NCBI GenBank assembly: GCA_051294375.1
Contig: CM119268.1
Span: forward strand, 9,188,718 to 9,252,717
DNA length: 64,000 nucleotides
Reading direction: 5' to 3'
DNA from: Paraspadella gotoi
Lineage: Eukaryota; Animalia; Chaetognatha
The translations under genes and the position numbers were made by a program. A model generated the notes under the pieces. That model did no database searches, was not told the origin of the DNA, and saw only the letters and a program-made list of their open reading frames with translations. Of this stretch, positions 29,201-43,474 are shown one piece after another. Numbering within the stretch: position 1 is the first letter of the stretch; each line of letters opens with the position of its first letter.

Positions 29201-31433
29201 TTACAACCACAGACCAGAGAGAGAGAGAGAGATAGAGAAAGAGAAAAAAAAAAAAATGGGACTTGCGAAAAAACTCTCTCATATCTTTCTCTCATCGCCC
29301 GAGTCCTGTCGCATCACTCTTTCCTCCTCCTCTCACCTAATCGCTCTCAGCTCCTGTCTCTACTCTTTCGCTCATCTTCACTGATTTTCATTCCTCTGCC
29401 ATTCAAGCGCCATGCTCCCGCCATTTCTAAGCCCGTCTCCTCCTACGCGCTCTCTCTCTCTCTCTCGTGCTCTTCATATGATGTCTCTCTACGTCATCTT
29501 CTTCTCCGTCTCGATCGTCGTCCCGTTCCTTCTCGTTACCGTCTTCTCTACTCTGACTCATCCCGATCCTCCTAGAGTGTTGCAACACATCAGTTGATTC
29601 TCTCGTGCAGCTAATTCCTCGGGCAGTTCATATCACAGTCATCTTTCCCGAGCATGTATATCATCACTCAGCCTAGTCCGTTTTCATCGTCCTCGACTCC
29701 TTATTCTACGGCCACGATGCCTAGCGTTTCAGGCAACGCTACCTCTTCAATTCTGTCCCACCCTCACTTGCTCTCGCGATCTACTCGATCCCCCTCTCTC
29801 CTCTCCTCTCTCATCTCTCTCTCTTCTCTCTCTCTCTCTCTCTCTAACTCACCAATTTTTTCTTCTTTCATTCTCACAGAAACTCATTCTTCATGAACGC
29901 GAGGAAGTTAGACGGCATTCATGGTTGCCATAGTAACGCCTTCCCCGGCTCTCCCCCTCCTCTCTCTCTCTCTCTCCCTCTTCTCTCTTCCTCTCTCTCT
30001 CTCCTCTCCTCCTCTCTCCTCTCTCTCTCTCTCTCTCCTCTCTCTTCTCTCCTTCTCTCTCCCCTCTCTCTTCTCTCTCTTTCTCTCTCTGGCGTCTCGG
30101 GGAAAGCGGGTTTTAACGGCTTCGAAGAATAATTAATAATGGGCCGTTTCTTTTTTCCTCTCGCTTTTGTTTTGACAAAGGCTCTGGCGAAGAGAAAGGG
30201 GGGGAGAGGTAGGGGGTTGAACTATTTCCTTCCTTGAGCGAGAGGAAAACTCAGGCTAAGTATTGGCGATCAGTATGCGGTTAGATTTAGAGTTTTAGGC
30301 TTATTTTGAGCAGCCTACGTCCAACTTTCGATGAGATATATATTCCCCAAGATCGCTCCATAATATGCCGTCACAATATAGATTTTAAAAAAATTGTGAA
30401 AAAAGTGAAAAATCATAAACTGCTACTCAAACCCCATTCACGCCTTTTCCTCGCGCGATCACCGATCAGTTTCTTTTTCGCCGCTCGAAGACTGCGAAAG
30501 CGGGGGCCTCAGTGAGAACAGAGCGAAACGTGCGTGAACCGATCGCCTCGCGAGTGTGAAGAATGTCGAACGCTAATGTCGCGAGCGTCACGGGGTGTTT
30601 AAAGTTAAAGTCTTCGCGGATGGAGAGTTGACTGTCGATTGTTGAGGCTTTGAAACTTGAAGGAAACTTAAAAGCGAAGCGGGGGTGGTGGGGGGGTGGA
30701 GATAAAGGGAAGCCGGAAGGAGGGATGTTGGCCGAGGTGTGGAGAAGAAAGAGGGTCTACGGATGAGATCCGGCCGTGAAGCCGCGCAGGGGAAAGGGGG
30801 GAGGGCGGGGGAAGGGGTCTCTCGAATAACTCGCTCGTCATAACGTCGGCGCCCGGCCTCCGAGTTTCCGCTCGCGATTTACGATGCGACGCGCAATTTT
30901 CTTGTTTTGGTTTGTAGATGTCTTGTGTCAACTGTGCGTGACGACAAAGACGGCGGAGAAGACGACGACGATGACAACGACAACGATGACAGGGACGGTA
31001 GCGGCGCTGACAACGACCATGATGAAAAAGATGATGATGGGTCGGATGGGAAAGACAACAACGACGATGACAACCACGATGATGTTAATCACGGCGGGAA
31101 AGTTGCCAACCAAAATAAGAATATAAAATCTACAACCAAATAGTCTGAATATAGAGATTGTGATAAAGTAACAGCATTAACTACGAAGACTTGGACGAAG
31201 ATGGCGACGATGACAATGACGGCGGCGTAGAAGACGACAATGACAGCGTCGACGACGATAAAGACGGCGGCGACGATGTCGGACGTTAGTGAAGTCTCAC
31301 GACGATCGCCGATGAACGACTTTATTTTTTCTACGACGACGACGACGACGACGTTAATGACAGTTAATGAACCGAGAGAAACGCCTTTTACGCAAAAGAA
31401 ATTCAGACTGACGGAAGAGAGAGAGAAGAGAGA

Positions 31434-31517
<84 letters not shown>

Positions 31518-31737
31518 AAGGCCGTGGGCGGACTGAGCAGCGGGCGAAGGAAAAAAGGGGGAAAAAAGAGAATCGGGCAGGGGGAAGAAAATTGGAAAGG
31601 AGATTAAGCGGAGAAGGACAAGGGAATTGAGCGAAGATTAGTGGGAAAGATCGTGAGGAGAGTGAGGACTGAGGACGGTCAGGATGAACCTTAGCCGACC
31701 ACCTCAACCAATTACGGATGAATTGTCGTAATCTCAA

Positions 31738-31845
31738 GTGAAAATGTTATGAAATGTTAGGAAATCTTATGTGAAAAAGTTATGAAATTTTAGGAAATCT
31801 TAAGTGAAAATGTTAAGAAATGTTACGAAATCTTATGTGAAAATT
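31738..31845. repeat. 33-bp tandem repeat, ~3.3 copies
   Basis: Unit GTGAAAATGTTATGAAATGTTAGGAAATCTTA(T/A). Confidence 0.85.
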
Positions 31846-32978
31846 GCATGAGATAACCAGAGCGAGGGGCAGGGATCCTCTCACTGTTACGTTTAAATCG
31901 GTCCCGTTGTAGCGGTCATGTTTTCAAGGAAATTCAAACTTTGATACCTGGACGCTCGATGTAAGACGAGATGAGGCTGAGGCTGAGGACGAGCAGCGGT
32001 GAGTAAACTGAGTATGCCACACTGTGCAAGAAGCATGGCAATTGGCAAAGTCAGGAAGGAATGTGGATTATGGAATGAAGATCGAAGAAGCCGGAGAAAC
32101 AAGAGGTGAAGGACTGATAAGAAGACAGGAAAGAAAGAGATAAAACAGAAGCAAATCCCTAACGGCAATATAACAGGGTCAAAATAGCTTATCTATTTAA
32201 AGAATGAAAAATTATCATAGCGAGCCTAACAATTTGAAACAAATTGCAAAAGAAGCCATAAAAATCCAACCCTGCATGCTGAAAGCGCCCCAATACCGAA
32301 CTGAATTTCAACTCTAATATCTATTGTCTAACTTTAATTCCTAATCCTTTCCCCTCACCTTAATGCCTGATCCTAGTCCCTAACCGAATCCCCAATTTAA
32401 TCCCTAACCCGAACCTCTCCATCTTTAACCCTAAAAATTAAATACGAAATATTAAGCTGAAATAAAACGCTTTTGGAAAATATGGCCAAAAATCCTCTTG
32501 AGAACATTTTTTTTCCTCGAACATTCAAAAAAAAAAGAAGAAGAAAAAACTTTTGGCTGAAGACGAAGGTCGAGCGTCCCTTGACTTCACGTCTCTAGTT
32601 TCGCCACGCCTACCCCCCCTTTCCCCCCCTTCGACAGCCTCGTATCGCGTTACCGTTCAGACGTTAGCCTTTCGCCGGATCATTTGGCGAAGCCCGATTC
32701 TGGATTCGAAAATTTTTCTTGTTTGGTATTAAAAATTATTAATATCGTATGTAATAAATAGACTCTTGAAAATATTCTATTGCCGACGTCTCCATTTTTT
32801 TTTAAATCTTCAACTTTCGGGCTCGCGACGAAAGGAAGTACATATCTTAGTTTATAATTATCTTAGTTTTCGTTATTATACTTAATCTCAGCGGTCTAAT
32901 AATTGCATAATAAGTCAGCGAAATATCTGGCCCCAACACCAGCATAGAGCGTATAGATACTACTTTTGGTTACTTATC

Positions 32979-33019
<41 letters not shown>

Positions 33020-33809
33020 GTTTTCCCCTGTCCCCTCTCTCCCTTCGACGAGTAAATAACGAGGGAGAAGAAGATAAAAAAAAAGAATCTCGGAAAAAAA
33101 ATAAGAAGAGGAAAAAAACCCGGCAAGTTCTCGGTGTTGCGCCGCAGTGACTTTCTTAAATGCACGCATTTTCAGATGGTCACGTGACTATTTAAGTATA
33201 AAATATATGGTTGATCACTTATTTATAAATCATAAACTAAAATAACCAAGTTATATGACTTTCTCATCAAGTTTATCATTACTCATGAGTTATAACTTAT
33301 AATTATATTAGTCAACTTACAAGTATAAAACATATAAACATTAAGCAACACATGGTGCACAATTTTTTTTACCAAATATTATTTAAAATGATATAAAATT
33401 TTTAAAATAAAAAGGGAGTTGAGAAAGCAAGGGTCCGACCGACCGACCGAAAAGCGATTTATAGAGTCGCTCCTCGATTACTCGCGACGCGACGAAAAAA
33501 GTCGAAGATCGAGGAGAAGAGACTTGGATGTTGGAGAGAAAACGAGATTAAAATAGAGGTCAATCTCTCGAGGTCACCGAAAAAAGGGGGGGGAGGCTGA
33601 GGAGATGGGGGGGCGCCTTTGTTGTGCGGCGTCGCGTCGGCTGCGGCGGAGGATGCGATGGCGTGGGTGCGAGCGAGAAGAGATTTGAAGGAGGGAGAAA
33701 TATTTAAACTTTGAAGAGTTTAAAACGAAGATGGAAATTAAGTTGAATTGAGATTGTAAAGTTCGACGATATTTGTCAAGATTACGATCGCCAGGAGACG
33801 AGAAAAGGC

Positions 33810-34070
33810 TGACGGAAGATGGAGAGAGGGGCGACAGATGGAGGAAAGGTGGGTTGCAGTTGGTAGAAAGATAAAGTACAGATGATTGAAAGGTGGGCTG
33901 CGGATGGTAGAAAGATGGGATAGGTTTGATGGAAAGATGGGCTACAGATGGTGGAAAGACGGGCTGCAAATAAAAGAAGAACGGGCGACAGATAATGAAA
34001 ACACGTGCTACGGATGTTTAAATGATGAAAGGACGGGCTACAGATGGTGAAGAGACGGGCTACATGTGAT
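33810..34070. repeat. Degenerate ~22-bp minisatellite
   Basis: Recurring AGATGGTGGAAAGACGGGCTAC-like unit. Confidence 0.7.
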
Positions 34071-34230
34071 GAAAATGATGGTTATACTTATAGATGAATA
34101 GTATGAGGCGAAAAGCGACGATTTTGTTCCTCGTCCTTGAATTGAGCTAAAGGAAGCGCGATTAATCTCCGACGTGTCGCCCCCTCGATTCCGTGGCGTT
34201 GAGATTGGGGAACCCAGGGCCGAGCGCGTC

Positions 34231-34524
34231 CGAGGCTGAGTGGAGGCGGAATCGCGTGCCCGAGGCTGAGTGGGCGCCGAATCGCGAGCCCAAAGCTGAG
34301 AAAATGCCGAAACGCGCGCCCAAGGCCAAGTGGGTGCTAAATTACGCACCCAAGGCCAAGTAGGTTTTGAATCGCATACCCAAGACTGAGTGGGTGCACA
34401 ATCGCGCACCCAAGGCCGAGTGGGCACCGAGTCGCGCGCCCGAGGCCGAGTGGGCACACAATCGCGCGCCCGAGGCCGAGTGAACGCCCAATCGCGCACC
34501 CGAGGCCGAGTGGGCGCCTAATCG
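34231..34524. repeat. 30-bp GC-rich minisatellite, ~10 copies
   Basis: Strict 30-bp period, consensus CGAGGCCGAGTGGGCGCCGAATCGCGCGCC, substitutions only. Confidence 0.92.
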
Positions 34525-35234
34525 TCGTCAAGCGTTGTCAAACAGGATGTCGCTTTCTAGATCTTGGTTCTGGTTAAAACGTCAGATACAATAAAACGTA
34601 TCGAATGACATTTAAACATTTTTTTTGAAACTCATTATAAAAACGGTACGAGGTACAAAGCTTGGAGCAATTCTGGTTTGCGATAAAATCGAAGAAGCAA
34701 AAAAAAATATTGAAACGACCTCTTAGATGAAGTCTTTACTTTTATGAGAATTAATTGTCAGTATGCGGTTTTCTTCTAGTGTTTTTCGATAAGCGTAAGG
34801 TGAAGCGTCATATTTCGATAAAAAATAATAAAAATCAAATATTAATCAGATTTATTGTTAACTTTTTGAGACCTTAAAATTATATACCAACCAAAAAAAA
34901 CAACTTTTTTTTTCAAATGAGCGTTGTTGGAGTTAATCGTTGTTAATACAAGTGAGCGCCGACCAAATAAATATCTACTGTAGTTTTTAGTTTTCATCGT
35001 TTTAGTTAGTTAAACGTACCAATCGTTCGAGACAATTTGAGCACAATTTTGGAAGATAACGCGCAATATTCTTCCAGGATGGAAATTGGGAGAATTCTCA
35101 TTTCAAACTCTTCCCCACAGAAAAGATAATGATGTCTTCGACGAACCAATTCTATCGGTGAGTCTCTATCTTGACCGAATAATAATATCTGAATCAATTC
35201 CCCCCCCCCTTTCCCTCCTGAGATTTGGATTTTT

Positions 35235-37309
35235 TCAAACTTCGGGATCCTTGCCCTTCATGGCCTGATAAAGGAGTTGGACATAGGCGAAGACCGACTT
35301 CCAATCCGGAGCGTTCAACTCGCACATATCGTTGACATCGAGGAGGGGATACACTCCGAACGCGTCGTCCGCGGCCTGGAGGATCGATTGGAGGGCAGGG
35401 AGAGGGGCGTTAGAGATTAGAGATGAGTTTTTAATTAAGTGTTGTTAAGATTGTTGTTTAGTTTATACCTTAAATACCATTTAAGTAAGTAGACTTGAAA
35501 CGGCAATAAAAAAAAGTCAATAATACTTGTTCGGAGCGCGAATACTGAACAGTCAAGTCGGTAGATAGAGCGAGAGAGCGAGAAGATTGAAGAAAGAGAG
35601 ATAAATTTTCGGCTTTATATTGAACTTCGTTGCTTCCGCATTGTGACCTTTTTTTTCTTTGAAGGAGAATGAAGTCGGAAAACCAACGTTTTACACGGAT
35701 GATAATTGTCTAATTGAAGGTCTCACAGATCTCACTGGACTTACAAAATTCACGTAACCAGCCCGCGTGACTTTTATAATGATTTTTTTTTAAAAATCGC
35801 TCTCATAAACGACACCGACAGCCACGCCCACCTTAAAGGCGACTTCGAAGTTCTTGCGTCGCGTCTCCGCCGAATGTTTGTCGATTTCGACCCTATCCGG
35901 CGCGTAGTGATGGACGAGCGCCGCAAACGCCATCCCGTCCGCCCACGACTTGGAGAAATCCTTGGGGGTGGAAAGGGGGATGGGGGCGAAGAAGATAATG
36001 AGTTGGGCGATCTGTGTGAAAATGGCGCTGGGAGAAAACCACAATCTTGACTGATTAAACCTACGGATCCATCTCCTTTATAAATCCATCTTGCCTCTTT
36101 CCCCCTTTCTCACTCTCGCCTCCACCTCCCCTTCTCCCACCCCTTCAGTAGAATCCACCCCGGAAACGACTCTCCTTCTTTTGTTGACAGTTTTGTTTAC
36201 AAAACAATTCCATCAGATTAGAAAAACGGTGGGAGGCGAAAAAAAAAACCTGAGCCTCGGTTTCGGATCGAGACGAGAAGAGTCTTAAAAACAAAACGAA
36301 AAAAAACAACTCAGGAACCAGAAGGGAACCTGCGTCGGAGTCGACCGAGAGAGGGCGAGAGGAGGGTGGAGGGGGTGGCGAAAAACAAAAGATTCTCAAA
36401 CTGAAGTGAGAGCATCGAAAAAAAGAGGGAGTGTATAAGAAGTAAATAGTAAGTAAATAAAAGACAGAAAACGACAGTAAAAAAGGAGGAACAGAGAGAA
36501 ACAAAGATTTAGAACAAGAAGTAGAAAAAAAGGAAATTTTTTGATGTCAAATAACTGTAGTAACATGAGAAATCTTTATAATAAAGTAACTCTGTGAGAG
36601 AGAGAAATAATATTTGCCAGTATTTGCTAGTATTTTCGTGTGACAAAATAAGAAAAATTGCTAAACATAAACTGTATAAATTTAATTTCACCTTAACGTT
36701 GACGCCGTGGTATCCGCAGGTTTTGTTCTGAACCCAAATGAGAAGCGATTGTTTCACGAAATCCGCTTCCGAGGCGAAGTTCTTCGTCCTGCCTCCGCCT
36801 TGTTCTTTCTTCTGCGCGCCCTGGAGGAGGAAAGAGAAGAGAATTAGCGAAAGAAATAAAAGAGCATTCCTTCTTGAGATTTCGTTTTGGCGAGTTTTAA
36901 ACCTGAAAGGAGACTTATAAAAAGAGGCCTTAATTTTAGTGACAATATAACGACAATAGATTTAAAAAGCACGCGATAATAAACAAATCACAGGAAAAGA
37001 ATCCACGACCGGAAAATAAGTTTTAAAAGTCATTAAGACGGTGTGGAATAAATAACATTTTTAATTGTGAAATCAAGTTAATTTCTTTCGTGAATTATAA
37101 AAAAAACCTTTCTACTGTCAGATAAGAATAACTCCCACTTAAATTTCAATGACAAAATCACAAGACGAAACAATACGTTTACTCTAGACGAGAGGATATT
37201 TCGTGTGAGTGGGTCCAAAAGTAGAGATTAGTATAGATGAATGAATTCGTTACGCAATGAACTAATTTACCTCTTCGTTATCTTTGGGGTGCCCCTTTTG
37301 ATCGCCCAT
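35235..37309 (-). CDS. Small calponin-homology domain protein (smoothelin/cytospin/MICAL-type CH), 145 aa; exons 37309-37271, 36820-36692, 35960-35832, 35375-35235
   Basis: Spliced in frame via GT-AG introns: [40 protein letters not shown]...NFEVAF...LLDVNDM...PDWKSVFAYVQLLY is a typical type-2 CH signature. First exon is less certain. Confidence 0.9.
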
Positions 37310-38474
37310 GCAATTGAAAATAAAAAGCCGTAAATGAATATTAATATAATGATCGAAACGCGAAAAAAAGCGCTGAGAACTCTGTCGTCGAATGCAATTT
37401 GGCATTTAGGCATTTAGGGGAGTCTTATTTAAAAAACGACATAATTATAAATATAATTTAATATTTATTGTTAATATAACAAATCTAACATTCGACGACG
37501 TGAAAATTGAAATTAAAAAAATTAAAAGCGTTAAAATCGGGATTCGTGGTCGCCCAGCGAGGGAATAAAAAAAAAAGTTGAAGCCTGCGAGATTAATTTA
37601 TTCGGCGGAGTTGAAACTGAGAAACTTGAAGGTAAGGGCGACAAGAAGAAGGGGACAAGAATGGGTAAGAAAGGCTTGGAAGGGAGATGGGTAGGTTCAG
37701 AAATTGTTGGGATCAGGAAAGGTGAGGAGGACGAAATGAAGAGTCTCTGCCCTCTTTTTCCAGTTCCAGCTCAGCCTTAAAGTGACCCGAAAGAAAGGTA
37801 TATTAGGCGAAGATATTTTTAGAGAGAGAGAGAGAGAGAGAGCGGCTTTTCTCGTCTCCCTCCGCAGCACCTTTCGTCACTTTGCCGCCCCCCACTTTTT
37901 TTAGAGGGGCCGGGGTACGGATTCCTACTTCTCGACAAACAAGAACGACCGTGACCGCTGGCCAAACAGGCCGAGTTTCTAGTCAGTTTTTTTTTTTTTT
38001 TTGTTGCCCCCAGAGTTCGCCACCGCTCCACTTTCCCCTCCTTCCACCCTCCCCTATCCAACGCCCCACTTCCCCCCAGCTCATTTTCCCGCGTTCCTCG
38101 GGGCGAAGGAAAGCGCGTTGGCAAAATGTAGCGTACAAGTCAAAAGGCGAGAAAAACTCATTCCAAATTAGCCGCCATTGCTCGCCCAGTCTGGCTTTTT
38201 TTTTCTTTTTTGCGGTCGACCGCGTTTTCGTGGTCGCTCGGATTTGGTGGTCACCCACGCTGAGACGACGAATTCACGTCGGCGTGGCGCTGCCTTCCGA
38301 CTTAAGGCAATCGTCGCTTTTCATGCGTCCAGATGTTAAACGCAGCCTTCTCAACGAAATGGTCATCTCATGCCTCCAGTCCTCAGTCCTTTTCCTCGGA
38401 CCCACTCGCCCACATCCACGTCCACAATCTTTGATCTCCCAACACACTCGAATCTCTTATCTTCTCTCACTTAC

Positions 38475-38630
38475 CCCGGCTTTTCGCTGCAGCTGCACGA
38501 GCCTCGCCCGCACGGCGGACTTTTGACTCCGAGTCTCCGTGTCTACGGGCTGCAGCGTTTTTAGCATCTGCTGCAGAATGTCTACGCGAATGCAGGTGTT
38601 CACGTCGATGCCGTTGATGACGCACGCCAT
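38475..38630 (-). CDS. Candidate first exon with smoothelin-motif-like helix (52 aa)
   Basis: MACVINGIDVNTCIRVDILQQMLKTLQPVDTETRSQKSAVRARLVQLQRKAG then a perfect phase-0 GTAAGT donor; phase-compatible with the CH exon at 36820. Confidence 0.55.
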
Positions 38631-38820
38631 TTTATTTATTATTTTTATTATCTTATTTTTTTTAAAAATGTTCGAATGGGTTTTGGTTTCGATATCCTAG
38701 CAACAGATGTCAGTCGATCAAAACAAAAGAACGATGACGACGGCGAAGAGAGAGAGAGAGAGCGCGCGAGGGATTCAGTCCTCGATCAGCTTCGGAGTTT
38801 GGGAGGCGATCCGACCTTCT

Positions 38821-38877
<57 letters not shown>

Positions 38878-38914
38878 TGTAAGTTTACTAAATAGAAAAA
38901 GTAGGGGCAGCTAC

Positions 38915-38966
<52 letters not shown>

Positions 38967-40117
38967 GAGAGATGAGAGAGAGAGAGAAGACAGACAGACA
39001 GACAGACAGCAGAGGAAAATTAAGTTAAGAGTTAATTGGGAATACATAAAAAAAAATTAAAAAAAAAAAAAAGTATCGAATTTTGGTCGGTCGTGAGTTC
39101 GAAAAGTCTTTTCATATTTAAGGCGATAGTTGAACGTTGATCATCATCGTCATCATCATCATCATCCCGGTTGAAAGATGCGAATTCACGTCGTTTGTTT
39201 CGACTTCGAGGAAACGAAAGATCCTCATCGATAGACCTCAAGGCTTTCAACTCTTTAATTTGTATCCGTTGAAAAGTTCGTTTCCGTTCAAATTTCATTA
39301 TCTTTTCTTCAAATTACCGAGAGTACTGTGTTTTCACAGCTGAAATTATTTCATTGTGCCTTTTTTTTTCCCCCCCCCCTTTTTTTCTTTCCTTTCAACT
39401 TTGTTTTCTTTCGATTTTTTATCCATACATATTTTCTTACCCACCAAAGGACCAAAACGTGCTACTGCGTTACTTTAATAAAAAGAATATTAACCGCCGT
39501 TCACCTTGCTTTTCACACTTGCTTTTCCTGTCTCCTTTCTATTCCTCCCGTCTCTTTTTCATTCTCTTTCATTCTCTTTCACTTTCTTTCTCTCTCTTCA
39601 TCTTTATTCCTTTCATTATTTCTCATTTTTATTCTTTCCTTTGGTTCTTTTAAAGTCTCCGTCGCTTCCCATGGCGACCGAAGCTTAAAAAACTCTTAAA
39701 TGCAAATTCCATCGGAAGGCGGATAATTATTTTTTCTAAATCGGTTTTGATGAGAACTTCAGAGCGGTGGCGGCGACGGCTGCGGCGGCGGCGACGGCTG
39801 CGGCGAAGGAGGCGACGGCAGCGGTGGTGGTGGCGTCATTGGTGGCGGCGGTTTGAAGCGTTTCAACTGTAGAGTTGTTTCTTTCAAATCAAGTCAAATG
39901 AGTTGTCAAGTTTCGAATGAAGACATCTTTTGAAATCATTCGTGTTTGTTTTTTTTCTTTCGTAGGTTTTTATTTAAACATTGGTTGGTTCGTTTGTGCT
40001 ATTTTAAAACTAAAATAGTTTAAGTGAACATTTTCATTTGTCCACCTTTGCTGAATAAAAATCTTTTTTTTTTTTTTAATTTTTACGATACAATCCAGGA
40101 TGAAGCGCGCTCTCTCT

Positions 40118-40182
<65 letters not shown>

Positions 40183-41410
40183 GAGAGACGCGACCAAAGG
40201 ATGCAAGGAGATCGCGGCACGACAAGATTTCATACCACGCCTCCTAAATCCGTAACCACGATTACGTTGCTAAGCGTCTACTCCTTCTCGATCGCGCGCC
40301 ACTCCGAGGGACGAAGGAAAACGGCCCGCGATTTGGCTCAGACGTTTCGGTGATTGGGTTTAGACGCGGAGTTCCCGGTTTCAATGTTACGGACTGGTGA
40401 GGAAAACTCACGATGACTTACTCTTTTTAGTACTTTATATAAAATTAGTTATGAAAATTGAACAATGAACAACCCTGCGGATGCTTCTCTTACATCAAAG
40501 CGGTCGAAAAAGAATAATTTCCTCAGTACTACTAATATTATAACTTTTATTTCCCTTCAATTTTAACAACTACAACAAAAACGATCAAAATCCTCTCGAT
40601 TGATCAACGTGAAAATGCCGACCGAAAAAAAAGGGAAACAAAATACAGTTTATATACTCGAGCGAGGTTATAAAAGGGGAAATAATTAGTTAAAAGAAAA
40701 CTTTTTTTCGGTTGGAGTAAAATATTATTCATTCTATTCCGAAATTTCTAAATAGTCTTTTGTCTATGTAGAAAATTGTCATTTAGGTATAATAACAAGA
40801 AAAACAAAAATAAAAACCGTAATCTTTCAAGTATAGGTTTCCGTATTTAAATTCTGTTTTGTTTACCAACGAAACCGCAAAGAAAACTTTTTTTTTCTTT
40901 CTTTTTTTTTAAATGTTAATCGGATTCATTATTTCCACGGCGCTCTGTTCTCCTCCTCCATTCTTCCCAACGCCACCGATAGGCCACGCCTACTTCGAGC
41001 GTCTCCCGCCATCTAGCGGCTGCCTCGGTATTCCCCGTTCTAATTATCGAGTAATTAATCGATTCGCGGGGGAAAAAAAACGGTAACCGTAAGACTCGCT
41101 TAATGAATTGGGTTCGATGGGCGCGGAGAAGTCAATTTGTGATCTGGAGACGAGGCAAGATTGATACGTTTATTTGGAATAATCGATTTATGATCTAGAG
41201 TTAGAACTTTTTTTAAACTTTTTAACTATGCTCTTTTTCGTCAAGAGTTTAGAGGGGTTGGGGACAAAGTATCTATAAGTGCCTAATAAACACGTTAAAG
41301 TGATGTCGTTTAAGGAACACATAGTGGTAATATTGCAAAAAAACGTGAAAGCATAATGGAAAAAAAAAGAATTAGTTTCCATGGTTGAGTAAATTTTGAA
41401 AGAGAGAGAA

Positions 41411-41443
<33 letters not shown>

Positions 41444-42207
41444 ATGCGAAGTTAGATTGTGACAAACGATTTTTTCTTCTCTCTTTCTCTCTCACTCCTT
41501 TTTTTTTCCTTGACATTAAAATGCAAATGAGTTGTTGATTCTTCGTCTAAACTAAGGAAACTCTATGCATATAAATTATAATGATTTTTGTTTGTTCGTT
41601 CAGATTTCTTGACCATTCCTTTCAGTATTCAGAAACGAAAGGCAGTAAATGTCTAATATAAGATCAAAGATCGTTACGTCGAATTTTTCATATCTTCTCG
41701 CAGTTTCCACAAACAAAAGGTATATATTATATTAGCGAACCAATGTCAAATGTCATCTGTCAGAAAAAAAAGGCGTAACCCGTCTGGGATCATTTTCAAT
41801 CACGTGACCTTGCGAACTCGTCCTCCTATTGCTCTTCCTCCTGCCTTCACTACTCGTCGGGGTTTTTTTTCATTCACCTTCTGAAGAACCTTAACCCTCA
41901 CCTTTCCTTACCATTAAACGTCGCGTCGTCGTCATATCTGTGTCGCCTACCTCAGATTTTATTCTCTGGTTCACGCCCGACTTCACATCAGACCGCTCGC
42001 ACCTAATACTGACTATGCTAAGCCTAAACCTATGCTAAGCTAAACCTAATAAATAGTACAAATAAGTGTTACACCCTTAAAACTCTTAGGTTATATTTAA
42101 TGAAATACTTTCGCCTTGCTTTTTTCGGTCAATGTATTGGAAACGACAAATATATGTTGCCTCAATTCTCTACCAAGTTGTCTATCCGCAATTTCCGACA
42201 CCCTGTG

Positions 42208-42760
42208 CACAGTGTGCAGTAGGGTGAAGTGAAAGTTTTGAATCAAAATTTAGCAGTTATATCTTGAAAACTATCATATTAATTAATACTAATCTAGTTA
42301 TTTTTCTTTTTTTATAAATATAGTAGCCCAGTCAGCTTATTTTGTATATAGTATTACCTTTATATAATGTCAAAATTTTAAAATGTTTTTTTTTAATTCT
42401 GAGAACAGATTCAGATTCCTTGTTAAAAGTTGATAAAAAAAATAACTTTTTTAAAATTTATATTATTAAGTTGATTAAAATTAAAAAAAACTATATTTTT
42501 TAACTCCAAATTAAAAATCGGCGTCTAAAATATAATTTTTTACATTTTTGACCAATTTAATGAAAGAAGCATTTTACAATTTTAGCCTATTATATACTTA
42601 TTACTATATATAAATATAGCTCACTGGTACCCGCTAATATATAAAATTAAAAAATTAATTTATCGAAGTATTTTTAATAATTTTTATATTCATGTTTTAC
42701 ATGCTAAATTTTAATTTTTTAAAATTTAATCATTTTCACATCACTCTACTGTGCAGTGTG
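42208..42760. mobile_element. Fold-back MITE with ~27-bp imperfect TIRs
   Basis: Left CACAGTGTGCAGTAGGGTGAAGTGAAA vs right reverse complement CACACTGCACAGTAGAGTGATGTGAAA (22/27); internal inverted similarity; AT-rich; no clear TSD. Confidence 0.75.
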
Positions 42761-43474
42761 CACCTTTCACATTCTTGCCGCAACACTGACAACTCCGCAA
42801 AAGGAACTCGTCTTTCACCTTTTCGCGACGTGAACGCTCCTGGGCATCGACATCATTACGAGAGGGAATTCATCCACCGCGGATGAATATGGAAGAAAAA
42901 AGGGGAGGAACCATTACCGTTCGCCACGACCTACTTTTTTTCGAGGCGACCGTTTCCTCACTCTCGTTTGGTGAGGACCAAGAGATTAATCAAACGGTTT
43001 AGGCCACAAAATTGTTTTATATACACTTAACTTTGTCAAAGAATTAAGAATTTCTAATTGCATATCCTGCCATCAAAAAAACTGATCAATCCCCCCAAAA
43101 AAGGAATGTTTTGAAATAAGTAATATAGTATTAGTAATAATATAATAATAAAGTATTAGTAATAGCTATATGAAAAATGCTGAACTTCTTCCCAAGCAGT
43201 CTAAATGAAAATACAAATTGAATTTCATTTCATTTTATTGCAGACAAATGCCTATTTTATAGACACTTACAAATGGTTAAAACTAGATAATACAGAGACA
43301 CAAAATTAACAAACTTTGATAAAACAATTTTTCACTTTTAGCTACTTTCGAGGTCAAAGTAAAAACGAAATACCTTGGCTTTGGTTCTCAATTCGGCGAA
43401 GCGAAAAAAAAACGTGGGAAAAAAAATTCGCAGACGCGAAAGATACAAGTCTCATTCGCTCGTCCAGCGGGAGA

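Noticed and set aside
31930-32170. CR1/L2 LINE 3' fragment (TLDVRR...ETRG)
   Set aside because: Only faint motif resemblance across different frames; not supportable without a search.
34231-34524. CRISPR-like array
   Set aside because: Units are contiguous diverged copies with no unique spacers, the context is eukaryotic and there are no cas genes.
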